A stretch of 63,555 nucleotides of DNA, filler included, from Octopus bimaculoides (lineage: Eukaryota): the NCBI RefSeq assembly GCF_001194135.2. It is 8 parts of 7 records of this genome, joined end to end, with 100 filler letters (N's around TTAATTAATTAA, not from the genome) between each part and the next. Parts side by side here need not be neighbours in the genome. Positions count along the whole stretch, not along the records: positions 50,501 to 54,100 come from NC_068994.1; positions 54,201 to 60,309 come from NC_068992.1; positions 60,410 to 61,609 come from NC_068981.1; positions 61,710 to 63,555 come from NW_026327935.1; 4 more parts are not named here. One strand, 5' to 3'. The notes under the pieces are model-generated. The model saw only the letters and a program-made list of their open reading frames with translations, had not been told where the DNA came from and did not search any database. Made by a program: the position numbers and the translations under genes. Every line of letters begins with the position of its first letter. Within the stretch, counting starts at the first letter, position 1. Below are positions 51,876-63,555 of the stretch, piece by piece.

Positions 51876-52648
51876 AATTCTTGGAAGTTATCTCCCATTT
51901 TCATTCAGAGTTACTAAGAAACATCGCTAGGTTGTTGTTTTCTCCCTCCAAATAACAGGGGCAATTTTAGTTTATTGTTGATAATTTTTGCGCACATCAT
52001 TCAGTACATCAGCTCTTAATTTATTATTCCAGACTATAATCATTATCGCATACAATGAACGGAGAAAGCTCGTTTTCCTCACGTCTCCCCCACCCCAAGT
52101 AGCTCCACATACCAATGATTTAATCAGCACTTGATTTCAAGATAAAGTAAATGGCGAAATGGCAAAGGTGACTTAACAGCTCCAGTTTATTCTTAAATGC
52201 AATATTAGAGACACATGTGAAATGACCCGAAAAAAAAATAAGGAAAACGTAGCTGCTATCACAAATCCAAATGCGTCTCGCTTTATAGGAAGCTAAATCC
52301 TTATTCTAAACTATAATATATTCTTTACAGACGTACAATAACTGGGAATTCGAAAATTTAGAAAGAAACAGATTACATGATGTTCATTCTTTTCTCAAAT
52401 ATGTCAGTAATGCCAAATAAAATACATCGAATAATCGGAAATAGAAACAAGACTGTAATATCGGCTCATTGAGTTTTTTGCTTCTACAAAACGCCTCGAA
52501 CATTATTAAATATTCTGTCAAACTTTAATATTCGAATAAACAATTGCAAGGCATTCTTTGTGGTCCTCGTACCCTGCCTTCATCTTCTTTCCTCTTTCTC
52601 TTCCGTTTTTTTCCTGTATTTCTCTCCCTATCTATTTCTTTGCCTATC

Positions 52649-52699
<51 letters not shown>

Positions 52700-53095
52700 G
52701 AATGTCCGTCTGTCTGTCTGTATGTATGCCTGTCTGTCTGTCCGTGTACCAGTTCATTCAGTCATCTAACTCAATTCTTATGAACCTACCATCTGTTTCT
52801 CTTTCATCAAGTATGTTTGTCAAGAGAGGGCTTCAAACGAACCAGAACAAACACACATATGCACGCACACACACAATAAAGGAAGAAAAAAATGAGTGTG
52901 GGTGGGAGACAGAAATAATAGGAGGAGTGAGAGAGAGAGAAAGAGTTAATGAAATAGTGCAAGAGAGTGACAGAAATGATTTAGACAATTGTTACTGATT
53001 TGAAGCCAAAACAGAAAAAAGAAAACATCAAAATATCTAAAACCCGCCAATCTGATGAAATTACCCATTTAATATTATTATAATTATAATTATTA

Positions 53096-53159
<64 letters not shown>

Positions 53160-53227
53160 CATCATTATTATTATTATTATTTTATTTCTTTCATATCAGT
53201 TTATCGTAATCTTATCTGAAAGACGAT

Positions 53228-53708
53228 ATGCAAATCAGTCACAGCGGCATCCCAGTACCAGTTCCTCTACCAGTATGGTACTATAGTCAATGCATCCGAT
53301 TTCCGGGTACGTCAATACACCCTGCTTTCACTCGGGCTCTTTTACCTGTACCAAACGCTCAAGGTGCATCTTTACGTCTTTCGCCATCGATAAGCGAAAC
53401 GTCGCCGACAAACCATGTCTTGTCATCGGCAAGTCCGGACGCTAATTCTTTATGGCATCACGAATCGTCGAAACCGAAGAAGAACTCTTTCTCGATCGAT
53501 GCCATATTAAACAGAGATTCCTGTAAATCCGAAGAGATTTCTCCGAGGGGAGAGAGCATGACAGAAGCGGCAACTTGTTTGGCGGCCACAGAGAAGAGGC
53601 GGCAGCGATTGTACAACACAAGTCATCCGTATATTTCGACAACGTATTCAACAAATATCCATTATCAAAACCACCATCAGTACCAAGTGTGTCAAGACTC
53701 AAAGACTG
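53228..53708 (+). CDS. First (or 5') coding exon of an eh1-containing transcriptional repressor, probably a homeobox or other developmental TF; partial gene
   Basis: 160 stop-free codons of balanced, CpG-containing, non-repeat sequence; Pro/Ser-rich N-terminus; eh1 motif FSIDAIL at 53489-53509; ends at a strong donor CTG|GTGAGT (phase 1). A polypyrimidine/CAG acceptor lies at 53199. No DNA-binding domain was found in the window. Confidence 0.7.
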
Positions 53709-53769
53709 GTGAGTAAATGAACCATTATTTTAAGTATTAAACTGTTTATATGTTGTTGTTGTTGTGTGT

Positions 53770-54100
53770 TGTGGAGGCGCAATGGCCCAGTCGTTAGGGC
53801 AGCGGACTCGTGGTCATAGGATCACGGTTTCGATTCCCAGACCGGCCGTTGTGAGTGTTTATTGAGCGAAAACACCTAAAGCTCCACGAGGCTCCGGCAG
53901 GGGATGGTGGTGAACCCTGCTGTACTCTTTCACCACAACTTTCTCTCACTCTTACTTCCTGTTTCTGTTGTGCCTGTAATTCAAAGGGTCAGCCTTGTCA
54001 CACTGTGTCACGCTGAATATCCCCGAGAACTACGTTAAGGGTACACGTGTCTGTGGAGTGCTCAGCCACTTGCACGTTAATTTCTCGAGCAGGCTGTTCC
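53770..54100 (+). mobile_element. SINE family D, truncated by gap
   Basis: Near-identical to 22850-23235. Confidence 0.85.
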
Positions 54101-54829
54101 NNNNNNNNNNNNNNNNNNNNNNNNNNNNNNNNNNNNNNNNNNNNTTAATTAATTAANNNNNNNNNNNNNNNNNNNNNNNNNNNNNNNNNNNNNNNNNNNN
54201 AATTTCGACCGACCAATAGAAACAGACCATAAACGAAATAAGAATGGATTGACGAGATTTTGCAGCAAATTTTTAACTAACTCTACACCCCACCTTTCTC
54301 TCTCCTCCACCTCTCTCTCTCGCTCCGCTCTCTCTCTCATTTTCCCTCTCTTTCTTTCTCCCTCTCTGTCTCTTTTCTCTCTGTTTCTCTCGCTTTCCAC
54401 TCCGCTCTCTTTTGCTCTTTTCATTACTTTTTTGTTTAGTCATCCAGTCATCCAGTCATCCACCTAACGCTTCGAGCCCACACAACCAGTCAGATTTCAG
54501 ATTTTGCTTTTTGTCCTTGTGAGTTAACGGTGATGTGTGTGTGTGTGTGTGGAAGACCCTCTATTTGGTCTCTTGATCAGCTAGATATAGCAGTCAAATT
54601 TTCACCCATTCCCATCCCCAGCAAAAAGCATCAACCATTAAAAAAATTGAAAGTCACTTTACATAAACGAAGATTGAACGAAATATAGTTTTGGTCTGTC
54701 TAAAAGACTTCTAAATCACGGAACTTAGGGACCGGGGTTGATTCGCGGTTAGACAATAATAAGAACAAACGAGATTGCAACCGAATAATCGGGTTGTCTT
54801 GTTTTTTTTAAATTCTTTAATTCTTTTAT

Positions 54830-55480
54830 CTGTTTCAGTAATTTGACTGCGGCCATTCTGGAGCACCGCCGCGAACAGTTTTAGTCAAACAGATTGATCC
54901 CAGGACTTATCTTTTTGTTGTGTAGTGAAATTGTATACCCCTCCCGGTAAAAAGTGGTAGGAACCAGCCATTATAAATAGACCAGTAGCCGGTCGTCAAG
55001 AGAGGGTCGAACGTCGAAGGGTTGAGAGTCGACAGTTCTAGTCGGTGTCTGGTCGAGCTATCAGCGATAGCAAAACAGAAGAAGTTAGTTTATTACTGTT
55101 CCGGTACAAAGAGATACAACAGTGTCCGATGACTAGTAACTATTGTGGCTACTAGCGTAAAACAGCAGCTGCAGTACAACGGCAGTCACACATCACACCG
55201 GTGAGAGGAACCCATTTTACAACACCTTTTGAATCCTATTACTTATTCTATTGGTCCCTTTTGCCGAACTGCTGGCTTACGCAATGTAAACACACCAACA
55301 ATCGGTTGTCAAGCGGTGATGGGGTGGGGGACAACACACACGTACACACGTATATGACGGGCCTATCATCTACCAAATCCACCTACAAGGCTTTGGTCGA
55401 CCCGAGGCTATAGTTGAAGACACTCGCCGAAGGTGCCACGCAGTGGGACCGAACCTGGAACCCTGTGGTTGGGAAGCTTC
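54830..55480 (-). mobile_element. SINE family B interrupted by LTR-like insert
   Basis: SINE sequence ...CAGGACTTATCTTTT resumes as ...GAATCCTATTACTTATTCTATTGGTCCCTTTTGCCGAAC after the insert. Confidence 0.7.
54916..55224 (+). mobile_element. Probable solo LTR (309 bp)
   Basis: Termini TGTTGT...ACAACA; TATAAATA at 54972-54979; flanks TCTTTT / CCTTTT (5/6 match); cleanly interrupts a SINE. Confidence 0.6.
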
Positions 55481-55609
55481 GCTGCGTAGATATCCTCAAC
55501 AGCTGCGTTTCTCAACCATTTTATACCTATGAACCCTTTGATTCCTGTTTTACGCGTGTGGGCCCTTAAAAACCATTCGATGTTTAAAATTCCCTTTGTG
55601 TAGGTGCGG

Positions 55610-55770
55610 ACGTGGATGTGTGGTAAGAAGTTTGCTTCCCAGCCACATGGTTCCGGGTTCACTCCCACCGCTCAGCACCACGCAGCACCTAGGCAAGTGT
55701 TTTCTAATGTAGCCTTGGGTCGACCAAATCCTTGTGAGTGGATTTGGTAGATGTAAGTGAAAGAATCCCG

Positions 55771-55858
<88 letters not shown>

Positions 55859-56010
55859 GTGTATGTATGTGTGTGTGTGTGTCTGTGTTTGTGTCTGTGT
55901 TTGTCCCCTTCCACCGACAACCGGTCGGTATTGATGTGTTTAAGCCCCTGTAACTTAGCGGTTTGGCTAAGAAATCGATAGAATAAGTACCAAGTACTGG
56001 AATCGATTTA
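55610..56010 (+). mobile_element. SINE family B with internal (TA)n
   Basis: GTGTGGTAAGAAGTTTGCTTCCCAGCCACATGGTTCCGGGTTCA head; GTCCCC..CCACC..GACAACCGG...GTAACTTAGCGG body. Confidence 0.75.
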
Positions 56011-56012
56011 TT

Positions 56013-56285
56013 ATGTAGGTATGTGTGGCTCGTTTAACGTTCATCTTTGTTTCGTAGTACTAAAATCATCTACATAAATACACTGTTAATAAATTCATGT
56101 AGAATTGTGAGGCTTGTTAAACGTTCATCATTGCTTCGCTTTACGAAAATAGTCTACATAGATATACTGTTAGGGAATTCATTATGTAGGAATTTGTTGC
56201 TTACCTAATGTTCATCATTGTTTCGTTGAATGGAAATACTCTTCACTGTTAAAATCATGAAGGAATGTTTGACTGGTTTAACGAA
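56013..56285. repeat. Degenerate ~85-bp tandem repeat, ~3.3 copies
   Basis: Units start at 56013, 56097, 56184 and 56257 (ATGTAG...AACGTTCATC.TTG.TTCG...CTACATA.ATA.ACTGTTA). Confidence 0.65.
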
Positions 56286-58443
56286 CGACATTATCTCTCA
56301 GTGTGGGAATTATTTTACCTGCAACAAAAGCATTGAAGTTATCATCTACGTCTTAGTCAGAAGAGAAAACGTTAGCCCCGACGACATTTTGCAATGGCAT
56401 CAAGAAAGGTGGAAAGGGGGGAAAAGGCAAGGGAATTGAATCAACCGCTTTTATTCCTTGTTCCTCACGAGCAACATGAAGCTATCCTCGTACTCACTGA
56501 GTTGAATAACTCTTGGAAAAAACACAAAGAACAAACCCAACGAGGCTTTTCATGATACGACATATTTTAGTCAATACATTAAAAGGAATTAGGCAAATTA
56601 CCTTTAATGTTATCTGCATCAAGTTCCTTAAGCGGAATTAAACAAATATTTCAATCACCATCAAATTAACAAATATGCCTTCAAACGAGTACAAGATATG
56701 ATGGATTACCATTATTCATAATCAAGCATAGCTTCGATTCCATAATTAAATCGCTTCTCACAATTCCAACAAGCCCTTGGAGACTGGTGTTTTATCGATA
56801 CGAATGCAATTTCCTCTTTAACCAAATGTAGAGATGATAGCGATTGCAACAACTGTTCTCCATATTTACATACTACAAGCGCTTTCCAACGTTCCATATC
56901 AAAATATTACCCGCCAATTATAACATTTAACTGATTATAATACCGCCAGGATTACGATATATTCAAGAAGTTTACTTCACAATCATGAGTTTACTTCACA
57001 ATCATGAGTTTACTATTTTAATCCCAGTGTAATCTGTTAGGCAATTGCATTTTTTGAATATCTTTGAGTCAATCCTAGCCATGAGAGAAATTGAATATAA
57101 ATATAAATTGCGTGGAAGCCGTCCAGAAGGATTATCAGTAAATCAAAGGACATCTTTATCATACTATATTCCCCAGATTATTCTATGTTGCTGGAATTAC
57201 TTTCATTGACTGTATTATGTAAACACACCAATTTAGCAGAAAACCAAGGAATCAAGAGAACAAATGTTGATTCAGATTCTTCATTGATAGGGAGAAATCC
57301 AGGAGGTTCGTACAATAATGTCACTGATGAGAAACAGAAAAAAATGTGTTGATTCAACCGAGATAGATTAGTAAAAACCTTGAGAATCATTGGCCGAAAC
57401 CTCACAAATAACAATGCACATGCCTGCTTTTAATGAACGCCATAACCCAGAAACAGCTGTAAAGAACTACCTGCACTTCCCACTCCCTTATTTGTTACAT
57501 TTATATATGTTTAAGCTGTCTTCTGTATATATATATATATGTTAAAAATGATGTGATGCTTTACCTGTTTATCTTTTATTTTCATTATACTTTCTTTGGC
57601 TCTACTTCTACATTTCTTTTAGTCAACTCGTACTTCCATGGATCTTGTAACCTATTCATTCAACGTCGGTTTTTAGGAAGTTGGTCCCATCGAAGCACTT
57701 ATTGCGTTTTCCTATTAGATTATACGTAATTTTCAACGTTTCTTACCTATTACGTAAACATATGTAATAAATTATAGACGGAAAATGGAAAATCTGTTGC
57801 TAACATTTTTTTAAAGTTTATATTTGTGTATGTAATTTTTGTCTTTAAATACATTATTTGTCTCATTGTTATTTTTAACATTTTTACTTTGAAGTTGCTT
57901 ATTGAAAAAATTATTTCGTACACAAAAAAATACGTTTCTTATTTTTTTAATTTTCATCTTAAAATGTAAAATTTCTTCAACTTTTTTTTTTTTTTTGAAT
58001 TCTATTTTGCTCTCTATTTTATACTATTTATATGACTTTCCAGTATTTAAATTATTTCTTTTTATTACATAAAAAATGATCTGGAAGACAACTTAGATTA
58101 AAAACGTTGTCCTTTTGATTTATTCTTATCGAAATCTCTTTTGGTTTGCATATATTTTTATATCCCATTATATTTAGTTGACAATGAAATAAATAAAATT
58201 TCTATTTATCTAATTGACAAAGAAAAAAAAATAGATTGTAGACTATTTCTAATACAGTAGTAGTAGGTTTAACTTTGGATGCGTGGTCTAATATAGTGCT
58301 CGGCTTAACTTCGACTTGAAAACACCATCAAAACGATTTAGTTACGGACAGGATTTAGTTACGGCATTCGATTTAATTTTGAGTGCTAGATTTAGTATAT
58401 GGTACAATTTAAACCTTAACACTATCTTAGGAGGCCTTTAGAT

Positions 58444-59114
58444 CAGTGGTTCTTAACCATTTTCCTTATCTATGGACCCTTTGATCCCTATTTTATTCAA
58501 ATGGTCCCTAATAACCAGTCGACGTTTAAAAAATCCTGTTATATTTTTATAACAGAATATTATTAGGAATTGTATGAAAAATTGTTAAAATATTTTGTGC
58601 ATTGTAGAAATATGTGTTGTTGGCACTCCGTCGCTTACGACGTCGAGGGTTCCAGTTGATCCGATCAGCGGAACAGCCTGCTCGTGAAATTAACGTGCAA
58701 GTGGCTGAGCACTCCACAAACACATGTACCCTTAACGTAGTTCTCGGGGATATTCAGCTTGACACAGTGTGACAAGGCTGGCCCTTTGAATTACAGGCAC
58801 AACAGAAACAGGAAGTAAGAGTGAGAGAAAGTTGTGGTGAAAGAGTACAGCAGAGTTCGCCACCATCCCCTGCCGGAGCCTCGTGGAGCTTTAGGTGTTT
58901 TCCCTCAATAAACACTCACAACGCCCGGACTGGGAATCGAAACCGCGATCCTATGACCGCAAGTCCGCTGCCCTAACCACTGGGCCATTGCGCCTCCACA
59001 GTAGAAATATAACCAGTTTTATTGCACATAAATTTAAACAACAAAATCTTGCAGGAATCCCTAAGGATAATACAGGGCCCTAAGGGTTATATGGATTCCG
59101 GTTGAGAACCACTA
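58444..59114. mobile_element. hAT-type MITE with nested SINE
   Basis: TIRs CAGTGGTTCTTAACC / GGTTGAGAACCACTA; 8-bp TSD CTTTAGAT / CTTTAGAG. Confidence 0.8.
58614..59000 (-). mobile_element. SINE family D, full length with 10-bp TSD
   Basis: Exact TSD GTAGAAATAT at 58604-58613 and 59001-59010. Confidence 0.9.
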
Positions 59115-59619
59115 CTTTAGAGGAATTCCTTCTATTGAAAGTATTCAAACGGTGTCCCTGGTTCCCTCTCTCCCATTTGCTCCTGCAGAAATTAATCTGT
59201 GGCTGGGTATCCCTGGATTGAACCAGTTTTCATTTGTCCAAGAAGTTCTGCAAAGATCATTTTCTTCTCCCTTGACTAAATGTTATAAAATATAACTGAC
59301 TGAATGGCTTCTAGTTCTTTTTTTTTCCACACATCTTTTCCATTATACCAAAATTATTACGATTCCCTAAATTTAGCTGAAAATCCTGAAATTGAAAGCG
59401 AATTTTAATTGATTTAATCATTCTTGTACTTAATGAGTAATTTCATCAATTCACTTTATTTTTCATCTCCAGAACCCTGAGCGTCGTCGTAGATATCTGT
59501 TAGTTCTACATGAAGGATTATTCCTAACAACAGATGCTCTTCGAGTTTAGTCATAATTTCTTATAAAATATCAAATTATGGGCCGTTCATCACTCTATCA
59601 AATACATTAGTTAACAAAC

Positions 59620-60188
59620 TCATGTCCTGATGCACTACCAGGCAATGGCTCTCATCGTTTCTGATCTCAACTGATTGGAAATGTTATCATGTACATGTTT
59701 TGTCTTGGTATAAAAAATAGGCTACAGCAAATATTCTGCTCAATAGCACAGATTTACTTGTCAGTTGTCTGACCTTAACTAGTTGAGCATGTCCCTTGGT
59801 GGCTGACGATATATGCATCTCTGATCACGAGCAGAAGTAGTGGGGGAGCATCATAGCCATGTGTTGAAAAGAATTCTTTGGAGTTTGAATAATTCACCTT
59901 TGGAAACATGGGTGTTTTGCTCAACATCCTTAACCAAACCTTATTCAGGGACATTTGGAGCGGGATGGGCTACTCGACCTGAAGAAAATTCTAACTGGGC
60001 CCCACCTGCGAGGTCATGCGCTGTTTATCTTGATATGAGATCACCATGTCGCGCACATATGGCTGTGATGCATGTGCCTGGTGTACCCTTATCAGAAGGG
60101 TAGTCATGATGGGTAGACTAGGCTACGTATATTTTACGTCAGTGTTACTTTGATGACACACATTGCTCTCTCACTCAATAATAATAGC

Positions 60189-60245
<57 letters not shown>
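59620..60245 (+). mobile_element. ~560-bp retroposon-like repeat ending in (AAT)n tail
   Basis: Higher-GC block ending CTCTCTCACTC-(AAT)n, consistent with a non-LTR 3' end; family not named. Confidence 0.5.
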
Positions 60246-60246
<1 letters not shown>

Positions 60247-62299
60247 CCCCAAGAGCAGCCATTTGGGGGAGGGGATAAGTCGTTTACATCGACTCGAGTG
60301 TTTCACTGGNNNNNNNNNNNNNNNNNNNNNNNNNNNNNNNNNNNNNNNNNNNNTTAATTAATTAANNNNNNNNNNNNNNNNNNNNNNNNNNNNNNNNNNN
60401 NNNNNNNNNTCTGTAATGGAAAAACAAACACTATAAACGTGTATCGAACCTTACACTTCTGCTCGCATACATGTAACACTGTACTTAATTACAATTTCTA
60501 ATTGTTTAATAAGTGTCATAGCAATTCATTTTGGATTTTGTGTTCATTCCACTGTTACGATTATCAAATAACGAAATGCTTACTCTTAGCAGTAATTTTA
60601 CGTGAGGATCTTCCTCTTGTAATTAAAACACATCTAGTTTAAAATAAACAGTGTAATTCCAAATTTACATCAATGGATTAATAGCTACAGTAAGAGAAAC
60701 AGAGACGGATAATTTGATCAACCCAACAAAATAATTAGTGAAAATTTTGCGAATTTTTGAATTCTATGAAACTGATCTTGTTAATTCTAAAGGATATTTT
60801 TGAATTCACTGAATAATCCTCATTTCATTTCTTACTTGCAATGATCTGAAGTTGTTAATTTCAACAAGTTACGGTTATTAAATATGTGAATATTTAGCGC
60901 ACGTATTCATTTAATATGCATACCAAAATTTGCACATATACACATAAAGCTATAAAATAATAACATCAGTAGATATATACATAATATTTACCTCATGCAT
61001 CTATCATTCTCTCTCTTTCTCCCTAGACTCTTACACTTAAATACGCATAATCATCAGAAATACATAATCGAGCTGACGTGTTTGTGCGTAACATTTCTCT
61101 AAATAGTTTTTCCCCATGTCCCAAATCTATTTGTGTTAAAATATCAATAATATCAATATATATCGTAAGTATAGAAACTGATTCTTTCACTCTTTGAATT
61201 GAAAACATAATGGAAATAGAGAATGTACAGATTAGTGCTAAAATGGAAGAAATCAAATTATCGAAGCGTAGAATAACAGAAAGCAAAATATTTTCTTAGG
61301 GAGTTTCATCTAATTTAAAATTAATCAGATGACTGTAACATCTGTTACATGGATCGCAAATAAGTCAATCACATCGTATATAACCTAAGAGTGAGACTTC
61401 CAATTTTGACAAAACGATATATGTCTAAACACTGTCAGTACGAATGTCTATTTACTAAATGTACCATCATATGCAAAGATATCTTGTTAGAAATTTCCAT
61501 TAAAAATGGTACTGAATCAGTAAATATCCAGCTGAAAATACTTGCTCACAAGTAGCAAGATTGCTTTTAATCCTCACTATTTCCTCCAGCTTGTATTCAA
61601 TATATATATNNNNNNNNNNNNNNNNNNNNNNNNNNNNNNNNNNNNNNNNNNNNTTAATTAATTAANNNNNNNNNNNNNNNNNNNNNNNNNNNNNNNNNNN
61701 NNNNNNNNNTTTATTTGAAACATCGTTATATTCTACTGTAAGTTCAAATAACGCCTGGGAAGAGAGACACACACGGGCAGACAGGCAGCAGACATACATA
61801 CAGACAGATTGAGTGATTTCGTCAGTTACTAATTACCCCATTAAAAATATGCAACTTTATATGACGATTAGCTGATTAGATATATAATCATTTATCTAAT
61901 TACCATCATTAGATCTTTCACTTGTCATTGTCATACCTAATCTGATAATGAACCTTTCACAAACAGAGGTATTACAATCAGAAGTCTAAGTATTTCTACC
62001 CTCTAACCTCCATAGCATTAACACAAACACGTGCACGTGCATGCATGGCCGAAGCATTCTAGCATTTAGTATCAAATATATTCAATAAATTATATAGCTT
62101 CGAAGTAACAGTGGATATTGATATGATTATATAAAATAAAGTGTTAAGCGATTGCTATAACACGCAGTTATATCTTCTTTCCTGTGTGGGTACCTTTATT
62201 ATTATTTATGGCATCTCTGTCATCAAATGATTTTTGACATTGGTACAGTATCTCGTCTGTTTAATTAGATACATGTTTAGTTAATTGTCTTTTTTTAAT

Positions 62300-62730
62300 G
62301 ATGTACCACAATATCAGTAACATGCCTCAATAATATGCTTTCTCTTCGGAATGAATAGTTAAGGGACCATTCTGAGAGAATAATTTCCCACAGACATAAC
62401 AATGATATGGTGGGTTTTTTTTCTCCTGTGTTTGTGTATGGTTACTTTACTACTTGTTGGGAACGATTTACCACAAATATCATCGTGATATGGTCTCTCT
62501 CTCGCCTGTTGTGAATAGTTAAATTAGTCATTGCTAGAATGATTTACCATAAATGGCTTTTCCCCTGTATGAGTGCACTTGTGTTTAGTCAGGCCACAAC
62601 TTCTAGAGAACGATTTCCCAAAGATATCACACTAATATGATTTCGCTCTCCGATGAATGAGTTTATGCTTAGTTAAATTACTTTATAGTCCGGTAGACGG
62701 ATTTACCACAGATATCAAAATGATAAGGAT
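62300..62730. repeat. Degenerate ~80-bp tandem array, 6 units, core GATTTACCACA(G/A)ATATCA
   Basis: Cores at ~62300, 62383, 62465, 62541, 62612 and 62700. Confidence 0.6.
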
Positions 62731-62799
62731 CCTCACCTATATGAATATATGTATGTTTGCATAGTCCTCTGGTCATTACACTGGTATGAGACCTTAGGT

Positions 62800-63030
62800 A
62801 AACTTAGCAACAACTACTTAGTAAGTAGAAAAGAAGACAGGATCCTGGCACCTTCGAGGAAATAAACTTAGTCAATATGTAGGATAAGGTTTCGGCATAA
62901 ACTCCATTCGCCGTATCCAGTGTAAGGTACGGACACAAGAGATGTACCGGATTCACACACCCGCAAAGAACTTAAGTTTTATATGTGATAGATGCACAGG
63001 AGAAGTACCGATTTCGAACAAGCCGGAAAC
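62800..63030 (+). mobile_element. RTE-like LINE ORF2 C-terminal Cys-rich remnant
   Basis: Frameshifted GINSIR.IQCK..THKRCTG....F.CDRCTG resembles the PHD-like finger of RTE elements. Confidence 0.45.
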
Positions 63031-63555
63031 ATACTTCCTTGAATGCCTGGATAGCTCAATAGAAAAGGTTGGTAGCTATGGTACTTGGATACGTCATCAG
63101 CAAGGAAGATGATTGCTCCGAGAAAGAATGAGCATGGCAAATGTCTTCTACTATAGCCTCGGGTCGACCAAAGACTTGTGAGTGAATTCGATAGAGGGGA
63201 ATTGAAAGATGTGCGTCGTACTCACACATACATATATATATGTGTATGTGGGTACGGACAATGAGGTTGGAGGCGACGGGAGGGGGACGGGAAATGAAGA
63301 CGTGAATAATGGTAGACACTGTATGCTGGTACTTAGGCTTCGGATTGGATGGCAGAGAGCAATAGAAGAAGGTGTCTTGAAGTTGACGGAGAGCTTCAGC
63401 CTTGTAAATGTCTGCGCGCTACACCACTACAGCCCCGCCATTGTCGGTCGCTTTGATGACGATATCTTTTCAGCGTTATCTTATATGCCCTCTGGGGCAT
63501 AACGAACAGGACACTTCGTGAAAAGAAGAGGAAAGCACCCTCACAGACAGATTTA

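Noticed and set aside
57178-57414. ORF-like region as downstream exon of the eh1 gene
   Set aside because: No DNA-binding-domain features in any frame.
62300-62730. CRISPR-like repeat-spacer appearance
   Set aside because: Eukaryotic context, degenerate repeats, partly homologous spacers and no cas genes.

Overview
Eukaryotic, gene-poor, AT-rich and microsatellite-dense genomic DNA. The SINE/LINE families resemble those of octopod cephalopods; this is an inference from repeat content only. The assembly is fragmented, with many N gaps and seven synthetic 100-bp spacers (44N-TTAATTAATTAA-44N). The only convincing host coding sequence is one 481-bp exon (53228-53708, +). It carries an engrailed-homology-1 motif (FSIDAIL) and ends at a GTGAGT donor, so it is probably the 5' coding exon of a developmental transcriptional repressor; no DNA-binding-domain exon is visible. 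One structurally intact tRNA-Gln(TTG) lies at 2783-2854 (-). The rest is mobile-element debris: Tc1/mariner copies, Tx1/L1-like, CR1-like and RTE-like LINE fragments, several tRNA-derived SINE families, hAT MITEs, fold-back elements and a probable solo LTR. Most striking is a four-layer nest (11835-14260): SINE > mariner with TA duplication > Tx1-like ORF1 fragment > 556-bp GG...CC MITE with an 8-bp TSD (Merlin-like). Also notable are 3' tails shared between SINEs and LINEs. No CRISPR array, rRNA or prokaryotic-type system is present, and I cannot demonstrate a wholly new system from sequence alone.
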